Assembly: GCA_003820375.1 (NCBI GenBank)
Contig: RPQH01000016.1
Location: 11-64,010 of the forward strand
Direction of reading: 5' to 3'
Length of the DNA: 64,000 nucleotides
Origin: Ignavibacteriota bacterium
Lineage (GTDB): Bacteria > Bacteroidota > Ignavibacteria > Tepidaquicellales > OLB5
In this document: positions 42,778 to 52,607 of the stretch, in pieces
How the letters are laid out: the number at the start of each line of letters is the position of its first letter
Numbering within the stretch: the first letter of the stretch is position 1
Translations under genes and position numbers: made by a program
Notes under the pieces: generated by a model
Databases searched by the model: none
The model's input: only the letters and a program-made list of their open reading frames with translations
What the model was told of the DNA's origin: nothing

Positions 42778-44001
42778 TTAAAATGTGTAGCCTATATAAG
42801 CGTTTACCAATATTCTCCATTTCTTTTTAATTGGGAAAAAAGGTGATACATCAAAACCTAATGATACTTTATTGATTTTTGCAGGCACGTAAATACTAAT
42901 CTGTTCTAAAATGTCGATAACATCCAGAAATAATGAAATTGCAAAACCACCCCTGCCTTTATTCAGGTTGAATGGAGAGTTTACCCCAAATGTACCGATG
43001 CCTAAATTAACAGGTAATCTGTGCCCTGTAACCGAATTTACATAATAAAACCGGAGCATTGCACTTGTGTTTCCATACTCGGTAGTATCATAAGCTCTCG
43101 AATCATATAAAACTTTGGGAAATCCTAAAAAAAATCCTAATTCGATTGTCGGTCCTTTTAATTGAAAAAAACGGGTAACCGCATTGGGCTGGTTACGAAT
43201 TCCAATCTTTATTAAATAGTCGGGTTCAACGGATACTTTTATTACTGCCCAATCCGGAAGTGAATCAAGATACAATTGCACCTGGTTTATTTCATTGTAG
43301 CTTGTAGCCGAATAGGGACCGTAAGCGGCACGGTATTGATTGAACTTTATCCGGTCAATAAATACATCGCCGTGACTCTTGAATGTCATTACACGTCGCT
43401 CAATTGTTTGCAAAGTATTGCCTTCTCTTGAAATAACAGTAGTCTTAATTATTACGAATTGCGGTCCCATTTGCTCGGATATCTTATCACGCAAAAAAAC
43501 TATTTTAAGATTTTGCACCTGTTTTTTATCTAGAGTTACCGGTTTTTTTAAATCTACACTACCATCAATGGGTTCAAATGAAATATAATTTCCAATATTC
43601 TCAAATGTCTTATTCTCTTCAATCTCTATAATACAATCAGTATCGTAAACGTAACGGCGTTTTTCTTTATCCTGAACATTTAAGCGGATATTAAATAAAC
43701 CGGGTATAACATTTAGAGGGATTACAGCCGTGTAAGTATTGTTATTCTCAGCAGTAAAAGAAATTCCATTATTGGGCAGTACCGGTGTTAGACTTATCGA
43801 TGAAGTATCGTTTTCACGATGGAGCTTCAAATGAATTGTGTCACCGGAAATATACACAGGTTTATCGGTTGATAAACTGATATATTCGTCATCATTTGTC
43901 GTTTTAATTAATACATCTGTATGATACTGCGCTTGCAGTCGGTTGTTTGTTATGAAGCAAATCAGTATTAGTATAAAAAATAATGATTTATAAATGTTCA
44001 T
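42778..44001 (-). CDS. Hypothetical secreted or outer-membrane protein (407 aa)
   Basis: Signal peptide, Ig-like N-terminal half, beta-rich C-terminal half ending ...AYIGYTF. Confidence 0.5.
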   Translation of the reverse strand: MNIYKSLFFILILICFITNNRLQAQYHTDVLIKTTNDDEYISLSTDKPVYISGDTIHLKLHRENDTSSISLTPVLPNNGISFTAENNNTYTAVIPLNVIPGLFNIRLNVQDKEKRRYVYDTDCIIEIEENKTFENIGNYISFEPIDGSVDLKKPVTLDKKQVQNLKIVFLRDKISEQMGPQFVIIKTTVISREGNTLQTIERRVMTFKSHGDVFIDRIKFNQYRAAYGPYSATSYNEINQVQLYLDSLPDWAVIKVSVEPDYLIKIGIRNQPNAVTRFFQLKGPTIELGFFLGFPKVLYDSRAYDTTEYGNTSAMLRFYYVNSVTGHRLPVNLGIGTFGVNSPFNLNKGRGGFAISLFLDVIDILEQISIYVPAKINKVSLGFDVSPFFPIKKKWRILVNAYIGYTF

Positions 44002-44371
44002 AATATTCCAGTTTTAGAAGATTAATAATTTTTAATTTAACCCCAATGATAGTGAAACCTCAATGTAAAAATAACTAAATTAATCAAGAAAAGTTAAATT
44101 GAAATTCATGTTATTAATGCAGTGCCAGGTTGGTCTATTTGGGGATAGTGTCAGATTGCCTTTATGGTTGGTCTTTCAGAGAGGGATAGATTTTGACACA
44201 AGTACTTTTATTCAGTACAGTGTCAGATGTTATCCTGAAAATATGTGTAAATTTTGATTATAAAATTTTATCAAATAGAAATAGTTAATCTTTACTTTCC
44301 CGAATTCATCTGACACCATGAACGTCCTTAAATGGATTATGGATTTGTATGCCTTGCTATATGGAATCCAT

Positions 44372-44458
44372 CCACGGGTTAAAACCCGTGGTTACTGTTA
44401 ATTGCAGCTTCTCCATGTTTCCACGGGTTAAAATCCGTGGTTACTGTTAATTGCAGCT
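44372..44458. repeat. Tandem duplication (49-bp period) of a 38-bp hairpin-containing unit
   Basis: CCACGGGTTAAAACCCGTGGTTACTGTTAATTGCAGCT at 44372-44409 and a near-identical copy at 44421-44458. Confidence 0.85.
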
Positions 44459-44487
44459 GCTTCTATTATTGTTCATCCGAAAATTAA

Positions 44488-44976
44488 TTAATAAATCTGT
44501 TCGGTGGCGGAAATATATGTCTGTTCGCGGTTCAGGAAGCAAACCAGGCGGCTGTAAGAATATGTAATATTTGCGGGTTTGTATAAACGGGAATTCTTTT
44601 CCAGTTGCTCAAGATCAATATATGAATCAATATAAATCGTATCGGAGGAAACGCACACGGTAAAATCTTTGCTGTCGGAGTATTGATATATGTATTTATC
44701 AAAAACTATATCTTTACCCGGCGGCTTTGCAATTATAATTATTGCTGCAGAAATAACGACAATTATAACCAGAAAACCTATTATCCCGGTTTTAGATACA
44801 AGCTTGTGTGAGTGTATCAGCTTTCTTTGCTTGTAAATAATATAAGCCATATAAATAAAAACCAACGGACCAACTACGCAGAAGATAATAATATTGATAG
44901 TGTAATAATCAGTGCCAAAAATACCTGCAAGAAAATTGAGTATATCAACACACCATTGAAAAATTGTTCTTATCAT
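44488..44976 (-). CDS. Membrane protein (162 aa, 3 TM)
   Basis: Hydrophobic segments. No domain recognised. Confidence 0.5.
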   Translation of the reverse strand: MIRTIFQWCVDILNFLAGIFGTDYYTINIIIFCVVGPLVFIYMAYIIYKQRKLIHSHKLVSKTGIIGFLVIIVVISAAIIIIAKPPGKDIVFDKYIYQYSDSKDFTVCVSSDTIYIDSYIDLEQLEKNSRLYKPANITYSYSRLVCFLNREQTYISATEQIY

Positions 44977-45053
44977 TTTTATTGTGAATAAAATAAATAA
45001 AGTATCAATATTACAACGAGAGCAATAATATATGTTTATAAGTAAGAAAAAAA

Positions 45054-45202
45054 AATAGAAAAGAGCGGTGATATCAGCAGGCTATGTACAGGACAATTTT
45101 CCGTACTGCCAGTGTCTCACTCATTGAAGAATTATAAAAAATTAATTATTTCAATGAGTTGACACTGGCAGTACAGAAAAATTAATAGAAAAGTGCGGTG
45201 AT
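45054..45202. repeat. 31-bp-arm inverted repeat flanked by 19-bp direct repeats
   Basis: Arms 45097-45128 / 45150-45180 (TTTTCCGTACTGCCAGTGTC.CACTCATTGAA). Direct repeats AATAGAAAAG(A/T)GCGGTGAT at 45054 and 45184. Confidence 0.75.
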
Positions 45203-45561
45203 GATAAATAACTCACATTCTACTCTAATATATAAACAAAATTAGTAATAAAAATTATTCAAAGACTCATTTATGAACCTAGAAAATAATATTTTTAATA
45301 TAAACCAGAAAAAATTAAATAATAAAAACAAAATACACTTTTCCGTTTTTATGATTTGATAAGTTTTAAGCTTTACTATCCAGCTAGATATGAGATTTTT
45401 AATCTCTTGTAGCTCTGTTAACTCTGGATTGATTTGTGTTTTATTCATTTTGCTTTGATTAAGTTATTGATGATAACCAAAGCTAACAATTAGAAAATGT
45501 TTTGTAAATTGATATCCCTTGAAATCAAGGGTATTAAAGGGTATTAAAGAATAAACAATGT

Positions 45562-46326
45562 TTAAAGTGATTTGAGGACTTCAATAAAATTTTCTTTGTG
45601 TTCTTGATTTATAAATGAGTGCTTTGTTAAATTACATACAAGTTTTTCCAAATTTATTTCTTTGTTCATAAGAGAGCTATTCAAAACCTCATCAATCAAA
45701 TAAGATTTTTCAGATTTATTATTGTTTGTAATAATCACATTATTTATTGCTTGAGTTAATTTTTTATTTTTAAATGGTTTTTCATATTTATCAATGAAAT
45801 AGTCTTTTACCAATTTCTTTAAATTATCTTTTTGAATTTGTGTTAAGGGTATATTATGAATTAAGTAATACAAATCGGAATCATTGCTTTTCCATTTTAT
45901 TTCATTAAATTTTGTCAGTTTCTCAATATTAGGTATTATTGGTTTTTTAATTATTGATTTTAAACTCAAAATTTTATTATAGTTATTTTCTATCTCTATA
46001 ATCCAATTAATAAATTCATTATTTGCATTTTCCCAGGGTTCTACTTTATTTTCATAGGGTTCTTCAAATTCAAATTTAGCTTTAACCTTTTCAATATATA
46101 ATTTTTTGTCTTGAATTGTATCGAATGTATTTAAATCATTTGTTATGTCGTTTCTTAATTTACCTATCGGTATTAAACTTATATCCTTACTCAATATTTC
46201 AAAATCTTTTTTTGTTAAATTAATTACTTCCCCAGCTTTATAAAGTTTACCTTCATAATACCAGCCATTAAATTCAGTTACAACAAATTGGTGATAATAA
46301 GTAATTATAATATTGTCTTTTAGCAT
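45562..46326 (-). CDS. Hypothetical protein (254 aa) in a very AT-rich segment
   Basis: Long clean ORF, K/N/I-rich. No domain recognised. Confidence 0.5.
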   Translation of the reverse strand: MLKDNIIITYYHQFVVTEFNGWYYEGKLYKAGEVINLTKKDFEILSKDISLIPIGKLRNDITNDLNTFDTIQDKKLYIEKVKAKFEFEEPYENKVEPWENANNEFINWIIEIENNYNKILSLKSIIKKPIIPNIEKLTKFNEIKWKSNDSDLYYLIHNIPLTQIQKDNLKKLVKDYFIDKYEKPFKNKKLTQAINNVIITNNNKSEKSYLIDEVLNSSLMNKEINLEKLVCNLTKHSFINQEHKENFIEVLKSL

Positions 46327-46482
46327 ATTATTTAATGTTTATTTCTGGAAATGAATTAACAGCTTCTCTTTTAGCCATATCTACAATTTTAGCATAGAAA
46401 GCAACCATAAGATTTATTAAAATAAAGCAGTTACTACTTAAATAACTATTTAAATTTGTAAATAAAGTGTAAACCATTTCAA

Positions 46483-47745
46483 TTATTTTATCAAAACCAT
46501 TCTTTTAGTTTGAATAAAATCTTTTGTTTCCAACTTATAAAAATATATTCCGCTGCTTAAATTATTACCATCAAAATTAATTCTGTAGCTGCCAGCGCTC
46601 AATTCCTCACTGACTAATATCTCTGATTCTCTGCCTTGTAAATCATAAACAGTAAGTTTAGTATATCCTGCTACAGGTATATCAAACTCAATTGTAGTTG
46701 AAGGATTAAACGGATTTGGATAATTTTGAGATAATAAAAATATATCGGGTATGTTTTCACTGATTGGTTTAATCCCTATTAGATTTCCACCGGTTGTGGA
46801 TTTTAATATAACTCCTCCGCTTCCTACTGCCCAACCTGTATTATTATCAATAAAGAAAATTGATTTTAAACTTGTAGTTTTACCTGTTTGCTGAATATTC
46901 CAACTCAAACCATAATTACTTGTATATAATATTTTACCACTGTCACCTACAACCCAACCGGTATTTTCGTTTATAAAATATATATCCCATAGATTGGCAG
47001 TTCCAATATTGTATTGCGGTATCCAGTTATATCCACCATTTGTTGTCTTTCTTAAAAAATGATTAGCAGTGTAATTTGTAGTTCCCCAACCTGTTAATGC
47101 ATTTATGAAAAATAAAGAATTATATACGTCTGTATAGGTGTTTACCTGAACCCACCAATTTCCACCATTTGAAGTTGATAAAATAACACCTCCCATTGAA
47201 TATTCACCTGTACAATAGCCTGTTTCTGCATTTGGAAAAAATAAATCTCCATTTAACATTAATGTTCCGAAATTATTTGTTTTAGGCAACCAAGTATTAC
47301 CGCCATCTGTGGTTTTATACAAACATGGGTCTGTTTTGCTAAGTACCCATCCGGTATTATCGGAAATAAAAAAAATATTCCATATTGAATCTGAACTATA
47401 GTTTAATATACTCCAATTGTTTCCTGCGTTCGTTGTTTTAAGTATTTCAAATTGAATATTTGTTTTTGCTGAAACATAACCGGTGTTTGAAGATGTAAAA
47501 AATATGTGACCGACATTATAACCCGTAGGCATTTCTAAAAAAAACCAAGTATTTCCTCCATTGGTTGTTTTAAGCAAACCATCATTTGGAACTGCAACAT
47601 AACAAACCGATTGAGATGTTGCGTACACACAGCTTAAATTAGATATTGTTCCACAAGGTTGTTGAACCCATCCTGTTTGCGCAGAAATATTAGAAATGAA
47701 TAAAAATAATAATAGGTATAAAAACAGAATTGAAAGTTTTTTCAT
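46483..47745 (-). CDS. BNR/Asp-box (Ycf48-like) beta-propeller protein with a T9SS C-terminal sorting domain
   Basis: Repeated TTNGGNTW, TTNAGNNW, TTDGGNTW, TSNGGNWW, TTNGGYNW, SNYGLSW motifs. C-terminal NYPNPFNPSTTIEFDIP...GIYFYKL...KRMVLIK. Confidence 0.75.
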   Translation of the reverse strand: MKKLSILFLYLLLFLFISNISAQTGWVQQPCGTISNLSCVYATSQSVCYVAVPNDGLLKTTNGGNTWFFLEMPTGYNVGHIFFTSSNTGYVSAKTNIQFEILKTTNAGNNWSILNYSSDSIWNIFFISDNTGWVLSKTDPCLYKTTDGGNTWLPKTNNFGTLMLNGDLFFPNAETGYCTGEYSMGGVILSTSNGGNWWVQVNTYTDVYNSLFFINALTGWGTTNYTANHFLRKTTNGGYNWIPQYNIGTANLWDIYFINENTGWVVGDSGKILYTSNYGLSWNIQQTGKTTSLKSIFFIDNNTGWAVGSGGVILKSTTGGNLIGIKPISENIPDIFLLSQNYPNPFNPSTTIEFDIPVAGYTKLTVYDLQGRESEILVSEELSAGSYRINFDGNNLSSGIYFYKLETKDFIQTKRMVLIK

Positions 47746-47842
47746 TTGTTTTCCCTTTTTTGATGTTGATTACCCCTAATATACTATGTTTTTTTAATAA
47801 TTTACAGTAATGGCGGATGGTTGTTGTTACAGCAGAAATGTT

Positions 47843-49186
47843 TTATTCAAAACCATACTCCTTAATCTTCTTATACAATGTCTTCCTGTCAATGCCAAGT
47901 ATCTGGGCTACTTTAAGCTTGTTCCAGTTGTTTTCTTCGAGTATCTTTTTTATATATAATCTTTCTATTTCTTTTAAACCGACATTATCAAGCGAGCTGA
48001 ACGGGTTCTCTTCTGCATTCTCGCTAATCTGAAGGAATTTAAATTCATTTACGTTTAGCTTATCATTCTCCGATGTTATAACAGCTCTTTCAAGAATATT
48101 TTCAAGCTCACGCACATTTCCCTTCCAGTCATATTTCATTAAAATATTTATTGCCTCCGGTGTAATTGAAAGTGTCCTGTTCAGCTTATCACCAAGCTTC
48201 TTTAAGTAATAATCAACCAGCAGGGGAATATCATCTTTCCTTTCATTAAGCGAGGGAAGAGTGAGTGTAACGGTTGTAATCCTGTAATACAAATCTTCCC
48301 TGAATTTCTTCTGCTTTATCATTTCCTTCAGGTTCTGGTTTGTTGCAGATATGAGTCTTATATCAACGCGTTTAACTTTATCGCTTCCCAGAGCTTTAAT
48401 TTCCCATGTTTCCAGTACCCGCAGGAGCTTTGCCTGCAGTGAAAAAGGCATTTCGGCAATTTCATCAAGCAGCAGGGTACCGCCGTTTGCCTGTTCGAAA
48501 ACGCCTTTTTGCGTTTCCACAGCTCCAGTAAACGCACCGCGTATATGACCGAACATTTCGCTTTCAAGCAAATTCTCGGGAATTGCACTGCAATTAATAG
48601 CGACAAATGGTCCGTTCTTTCTTGGACTGTTGTAATGTATTGCCCTTGATACAAGTTCTTTGCCTGTTCCGCTGGGTCCTTCAACCAGTACATTAACATT
48701 TGTTTTTGAAACATTTTTTATGAATTCAAAAACTACCTGCATTTTTTTGCTTTTGCCTACTATACTGCTGAATGAATAATTCTCTTCAACCATAGTACGC
48801 AGGTTCCTGAGCTGGTTAGTCAGGTTTATTTTTTCTGCTGCTTTATCAACTTTAATTATAAACTCTTCAAGATTGAACGGCTTATTTATATAGTCATATG
48901 CACCAAGCTTCATCGATTCGACGGCAGAATTAACCGACCCGTAACCGGTTATCATAATAAAAATACAATCTGCTGGTTTTGTTTTTAGCAGGTCAAGACC
49001 TGAAAGTTTCGGCATCTGCAAATCGGATATTACTATATTATATGTGTTTTCCTTTATCATTAGCTGTGCTTCAGAGCTGTCATTAGATTCATCCACTGCA
49101 TAGCCTTTGCGTGCAAGCACTTTTTTAAGAAGCTTTGTAGAGTTTACTTCATCATCAACGACCAGGATTTTAATGTTTTCATTCAT
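47843..49186 (-). CDS. Sigma-54-dependent response regulator (NtrC family: REC + AAA+ + Fis-type HTH)
   Basis: ILVVDDE...ISDLQMP (REC), GPSGTGKE (Walker A), GAFTGA, LLLDEI (Walker B), C-terminal HTH VAQILGIDRKTLYKKIK. Start taken at MNENIKIL. Confidence 0.9.
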   Translation of the reverse strand: MNENIKILVVDDEVNSTKLLKKVLARKGYAVDESNDSSEAQLMIKENTYNIVISDLQMPKLSGLDLLKTKPADCIFIMITGYGSVNSAVESMKLGAYDYINKPFNLEEFIIKVDKAAEKINLTNQLRNLRTMVEENYSFSSIVGKSKKMQVVFEFIKNVSKTNVNVLVEGPSGTGKELVSRAIHYNSPRKNGPFVAINCSAIPENLLESEMFGHIRGAFTGAVETQKGVFEQANGGTLLLDEIAEMPFSLQAKLLRVLETWEIKALGSDKVKRVDIRLISATNQNLKEMIKQKKFREDLYYRITTVTLTLPSLNERKDDIPLLVDYYLKKLGDKLNRTLSITPEAINILMKYDWKGNVRELENILERAVITSENDKLNVNEFKFLQISENAEENPFSSLDNVGLKEIERLYIKKILEENNWNKLKVAQILGIDRKTLYKKIKEYGFE

Positions 49187-49398
49187 AGATTGCAAAAGTA
49201 TAAAAAAAAACAATAAACTTGTAGTCTTTACCTAATACATGTTAGGAGGTTGACTGTATAAATATTAAACACTTAAGCAACGCTTAATAACCCACTCTTT
49301 TTAGTCCTATATTTCCACACAAAAACAGCAGTTGGTGAAATATTTCCTCAAAGCTGTTTTAATAATCTTTAATTATAAACTAAAAATAAACTCATGAT

Positions 49399-49414
49399 TG
49401 GCACGGAAAATGAC
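49399..49414 (+). promoter_or_regulatory. Weak sigma-54-like element (TGGCACGGAAAATGAC)
   Basis: Perfect -24 TGGCAC but a poor -12 (ATGA). About 90 nt upstream of the 49507 cytochrome gene and divergent from the sigma-54 activator gene. Confidence 0.25.
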
Positions 49415-49506
49415 TTATAACAAGGGTATTACATAGCCATAAGTAACTAAAATGAAGTATATTTTTAAAAGTTACGAGTTAAAAAACCCAAATCTTCAAT
49501 AAAATC

Positions 49507-51603
49507 ATGAAAGAAATAAAAAAAATTCTACTAATTTTTGTTTTGTTGGTCATTTGCTCAAGTACAATTCTTAGCCAGAGGGCTTTAATTGTACCGCAGG
49601 CAGTTACACCACATGACCTAAAGACCTCAACATTTGTTCCTGACTCAACAGTATATCCGGGTTTGACAAATGTAGCGAACAAAACCATGGTTTACATGCT
49701 TGTAAAGAACATCAGCGGCACAGCTGAAATTACCAGTGCTTCATGGACTTTACAATCAAAACCAAGCGGTTCAAATGCCACCATCACTCCTGTTACTGCA
49801 CTCGGCTGGTGGGCAAAATTCAGACCTGACGTAACAGGTACCTATGAAGTTAAAGTAACTATGGTAACCTCGGCAGGTTCAAAAGATACAACAGAAAAGT
49901 TTTATGCAGCAACATATGTTGGCGTAGGCAATTTTCAGGGAATAGCTCCTACATATCCACAATGTATGACATGCCATCAGGGTATGCCGGAATTCGCTGC
50001 TATTTTCAATAAATGGAAAGTAAGCCCCCATGCTGTTAAATTCAAATTTGATATTGACAGCGGTTCAGCTACTTATGCAACCAGATGTTTCCCTTGTCAC
50101 ACAACCGGAACTGACCATAATACTGTTCAGGATAACGGCGGATTTGACGACAGGGCAAGAACACTCGGTTGGGCATGGAGTCAATGGGCACCACCGAAAC
50201 CCGGAAACTGGGATTCATTAAAGACAAAATTCCCGGCATTAACACAGTTTGCAACTATAGGCTGCGAAACCTGTCATGGACCGGGAAGTGAACATGCAGC
50301 TACAAGCGATACATTGAAAATTGATGTATCATATGATTCTAAGATGTGCGGACAGTGCCATGACGAACCATGGAGACATAATAAAATGGCTCAGTGGGAA
50401 CATTCAGGTCACTCTGAAGCTGTTTGGAGCAATTCATTTGCCCAGAACAATAACGGTACAAACAATTTAGGAAACTGTATCAGATGCCACGATGGAAGAG
50501 GTTATGCAAACTTTACAAAGGGTGTTGGAACCTACACCAACGGTATGATAGCATCAAGCCAGGAAAAGATTGGTTGTGCAGCTTGTCATGATCCACATGG
50601 AAGCGGTAATCCTTATTCATTAAGAAGCAGACCAAACAATTCCGATACTCTTGCAACCGGATATCAATATAATGAGCTTGGTGCAGGAAAAGTTTGTGCA
50701 GATTGCCATAAAAACAGAACTAATGTTACAGTAACTACTGCAACAAAGGTAAATAGTTCACATTGGGGAATGCATCATTCAGTACAGGCAGATGTTCTTT
50801 TAGGAAAAAATGCTGCATCATTTGGCGGAGCTCCTTATTTAAGCGGTTCGCATAAAAATGTTGTTCAGGATGGTTGTATCGGATGTCATATGGCACCTAC
50901 AACAGATACCGGAACAGTTAACAGAGATAAAGTAGGCGGACATTCATTCAGTATGGTTAATAGTGAAACAGGTTTTGAAAACATTGTTAATGCATGCGGT
51001 GATTGCCATCCCGGAAAAACTAACCTGGATCAATTCCTGGCTCCTGACGATTATGACGGAGACGGAATCGTTGAAGCATGGCATAAAGAAGTTGATGGAT
51101 TACTTACAAAAGTCAGAACATTTGCATTACCGCCTTTTGGTGTTGATTCAGTATCATGGGAATTAATTGCAGCTGACTCTTTCAATGTTGATCTCAGGAA
51201 AAAATACTGGAACTACCAGTTAATAGAATATGATGGAAGCCATGGAATGCATAACCCGCGTTTTGCAGTTCAGGTTTTACAGAATGATTTAATTGGTGTT
51301 CAATCAATTAGCAACGAAGTTCCTATTTCATATGCGTTATCACAGAACTTCCCGAACCCGTTCAACCCATCAACAAAGATCAATTTCTCGATACCGAGAA
51401 CTGATAATGTTATGTTGAAAATATATGATATAAACGGACAGGAAGTTTATACACTCGTAAACGAAAAGCTTAATGCAGGTAAATACTCAGCAACATGGAA
51501 TTCTGTCAATGATAGAGGCAATAGTGTTGCAAGCGGTGTTTATTTCTATAAAATTATATCAGGTGATTATGTTGAAGCGAAGAAGATGATACTCGTAAGA
51601 TAA
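49507..51603 (+). CDS. 9-haem c-type cytochrome with a T9SS C-terminal sorting domain
   Basis: Signal peptide. Motifs CMTCH, CFPCH, CETCHGPGSEH, CGQCH, CIRCH, CAACH, CADCH, CIGCH, CGDCH. C-terminal NFPNPFNPSTKINFSIP...GVYFYKI...KKMILVR. Confidence 0.85.
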   Translation: MKEIKKILLIFVLLVICSSTILSQRALIVPQAVTPHDLKTSTFVPDSTVYPGLTNVANKTMVYMLVKNISGTAEITSASWTLQSKPSGSNATITPVTALGWWAKFRPDVTGTYEVKVTMVTSAGSKDTTEKFYAATYVGVGNFQGIAPTYPQCMTCHQGMPEFAAIFNKWKVSPHAVKFKFDIDSGSATYATRCFPCHTTGTDHNTVQDNGGFDDRARTLGWAWSQWAPPKPGNWDSLKTKFPALTQFATIGCETCHGPGSEHAATSDTLKIDVSYDSKMCGQCHDEPWRHNKMAQWEHSGHSEAVWSNSFAQNNNGTNNLGNCIRCHDGRGYANFTKGVGTYTNGMIASSQEKIGCAACHDPHGSGNPYSLRSRPNNSDTLATGYQYNELGAGKVCADCHKNRTNVTVTTATKVNSSHWGMHHSVQADVLLGKNAASFGGAPYLSGSHKNVVQDGCIGCHMAPTTDTGTVNRDKVGGHSFSMVNSETGFENIVNACGDCHPGKTNLDQFLAPDDYDGDGIVEAWHKEVDGLLTKVRTFALPPFGVDSVSWELIAADSFNVDLRKKYWNYQLIEYDGSHGMHNPRFAVQVLQNDLIGVQSISNEVPISYALSQNFPNPFNPSTKINFSIPRTDNVMLKIYDINGQEVYTLVNEKLNAGKYSATWNSVNDRGNSVASGVYFYKIISGDYVEAKKMILVR

Positions 51604-51627
51604 AGTAAATACTCATTCCTTTAGTTA

Positions 51628-51659
51628 GACCCGTCTTCCCCAGAGACGGGTTTTTTTTA
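51628..51659 (+). terminator. Rho-independent terminator
   Basis: GACCCGTCT / AGACGGGT stem followed by T8. Confidence 0.85.
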
Positions 51660-51741
51660 TGCCCCTTACAGAACTTTTAAGAACCTGCTTTGTTTTGTAT
51701 TTACTGTTTTTCTTTTAATAATTGCAGACAAGGAGCAAGTT

Positions 51742-52551
51742 ATGAAACAAATGTTTACAAGGAACACCAAAGTTGTTGTTTTTTCATTTCTATTTGTATT
51801 TGTAACGTCTTTATACGTATTTTCATCAAGCGGTGGATTTACCGGCAGGACGTTAAAAACCAGTACAAGCGGCTGCGGAGGCTGTCATGGCTCCACTTCA
51901 AGCAGTGATGTAAATGTGTTTATAGGAGGTCCTGATACCATTACTGTAGGCCAAACAGGGGCATTTTCCGTTACACTTACCAGGGCGGGCAGTACAGGCT
52001 CAGGAATAGATATTGCTGCCAAGAACGGTTCTTTAGCTGCGGTTTCACCTTTTATTCATGTTTCCAACGGTGAATTAACACACAATGCAAATATTCCGTT
52101 AGTATTAGGTAATATAACATTCCTTTTTAATTATACAGCGCCGCCAAATGCAGGTACGGATACAATATTTGCTACCGGGCTAGCGACAAACAGTGATGGT
52201 ACCACAGGTGGTGATTTCTGGAACTGGGCTCCTAACCGTGTCGTTACTGTTATAAATCCAATCGGGTTAAATAATAATTCTGAACCGGTTGAGTTCCGTT
52301 TGGAACAGAATTATCCGAACCCGTTTAACCCGGCTACTACAATCTCTTTCTCAGTGCCAAAAACTGCCGAAGTAACAATAAAAGTTTATGATATTGCGGG
52401 TAATGAAGTTGCTGATATCTTTAGCGGCAAAGTAAACAGCGGAACACATGAAGTAAAATGGACTCCGCAGGGAGTTGCAAGCGGCGTTTATTTCTACAAG
52501 CTGGTATCGGAAGATTTTTCTGCTGTAAGAAAAATGATGCTTGTAAAATAA
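51742..52551 (+). CDS. Secreted protein with a single CGGCH haem-binding-type motif and a T9SS C-terminal sorting domain
   Basis: Signal peptide, SGCGGCHG near the mature N-terminus, beta-rich body, C-terminal NYPNPFNPATTISFSVP...GVYFYKL...RKMMLVK. Confidence 0.7.
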   Translation: MKQMFTRNTKVVVFSFLFVFVTSLYVFSSSGGFTGRTLKTSTSGCGGCHGSTSSSDVNVFIGGPDTITVGQTGAFSVTLTRAGSTGSGIDIAAKNGSLAAVSPFIHVSNGELTHNANIPLVLGNITFLFNYTAPPNAGTDTIFATGLATNSDGTTGGDFWNWAPNRVVTVINPIGLNNNSEPVEFRLEQNYPNPFNPATTISFSVPKTAEVTIKVYDIAGNEVADIFSGKVNSGTHEVKWTPQGVASGVYFYKLVSEDFSAVRKMMLVK

Positions 52552-52570
52552 TATAAATTATTACTTTAAA

Positions 52571-52607
52571 CCCCCGTTTCAGAATGAAATGAAACGGGGT
52601 TTTTTTA
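52571..52607 (+). terminator. Rho-independent terminator
   Basis: CCCCCGTTTC / GAAACGGGG stem followed by a T-run. Confidence 0.85.

Noticed and set aside
45242-45448. 68-aa minus-strand ORF
   Set aside because: Very AT-rich, Asn/Ile/Phe/Lys low complexity, with no convincing RBS. It may be real, but I cannot support it.
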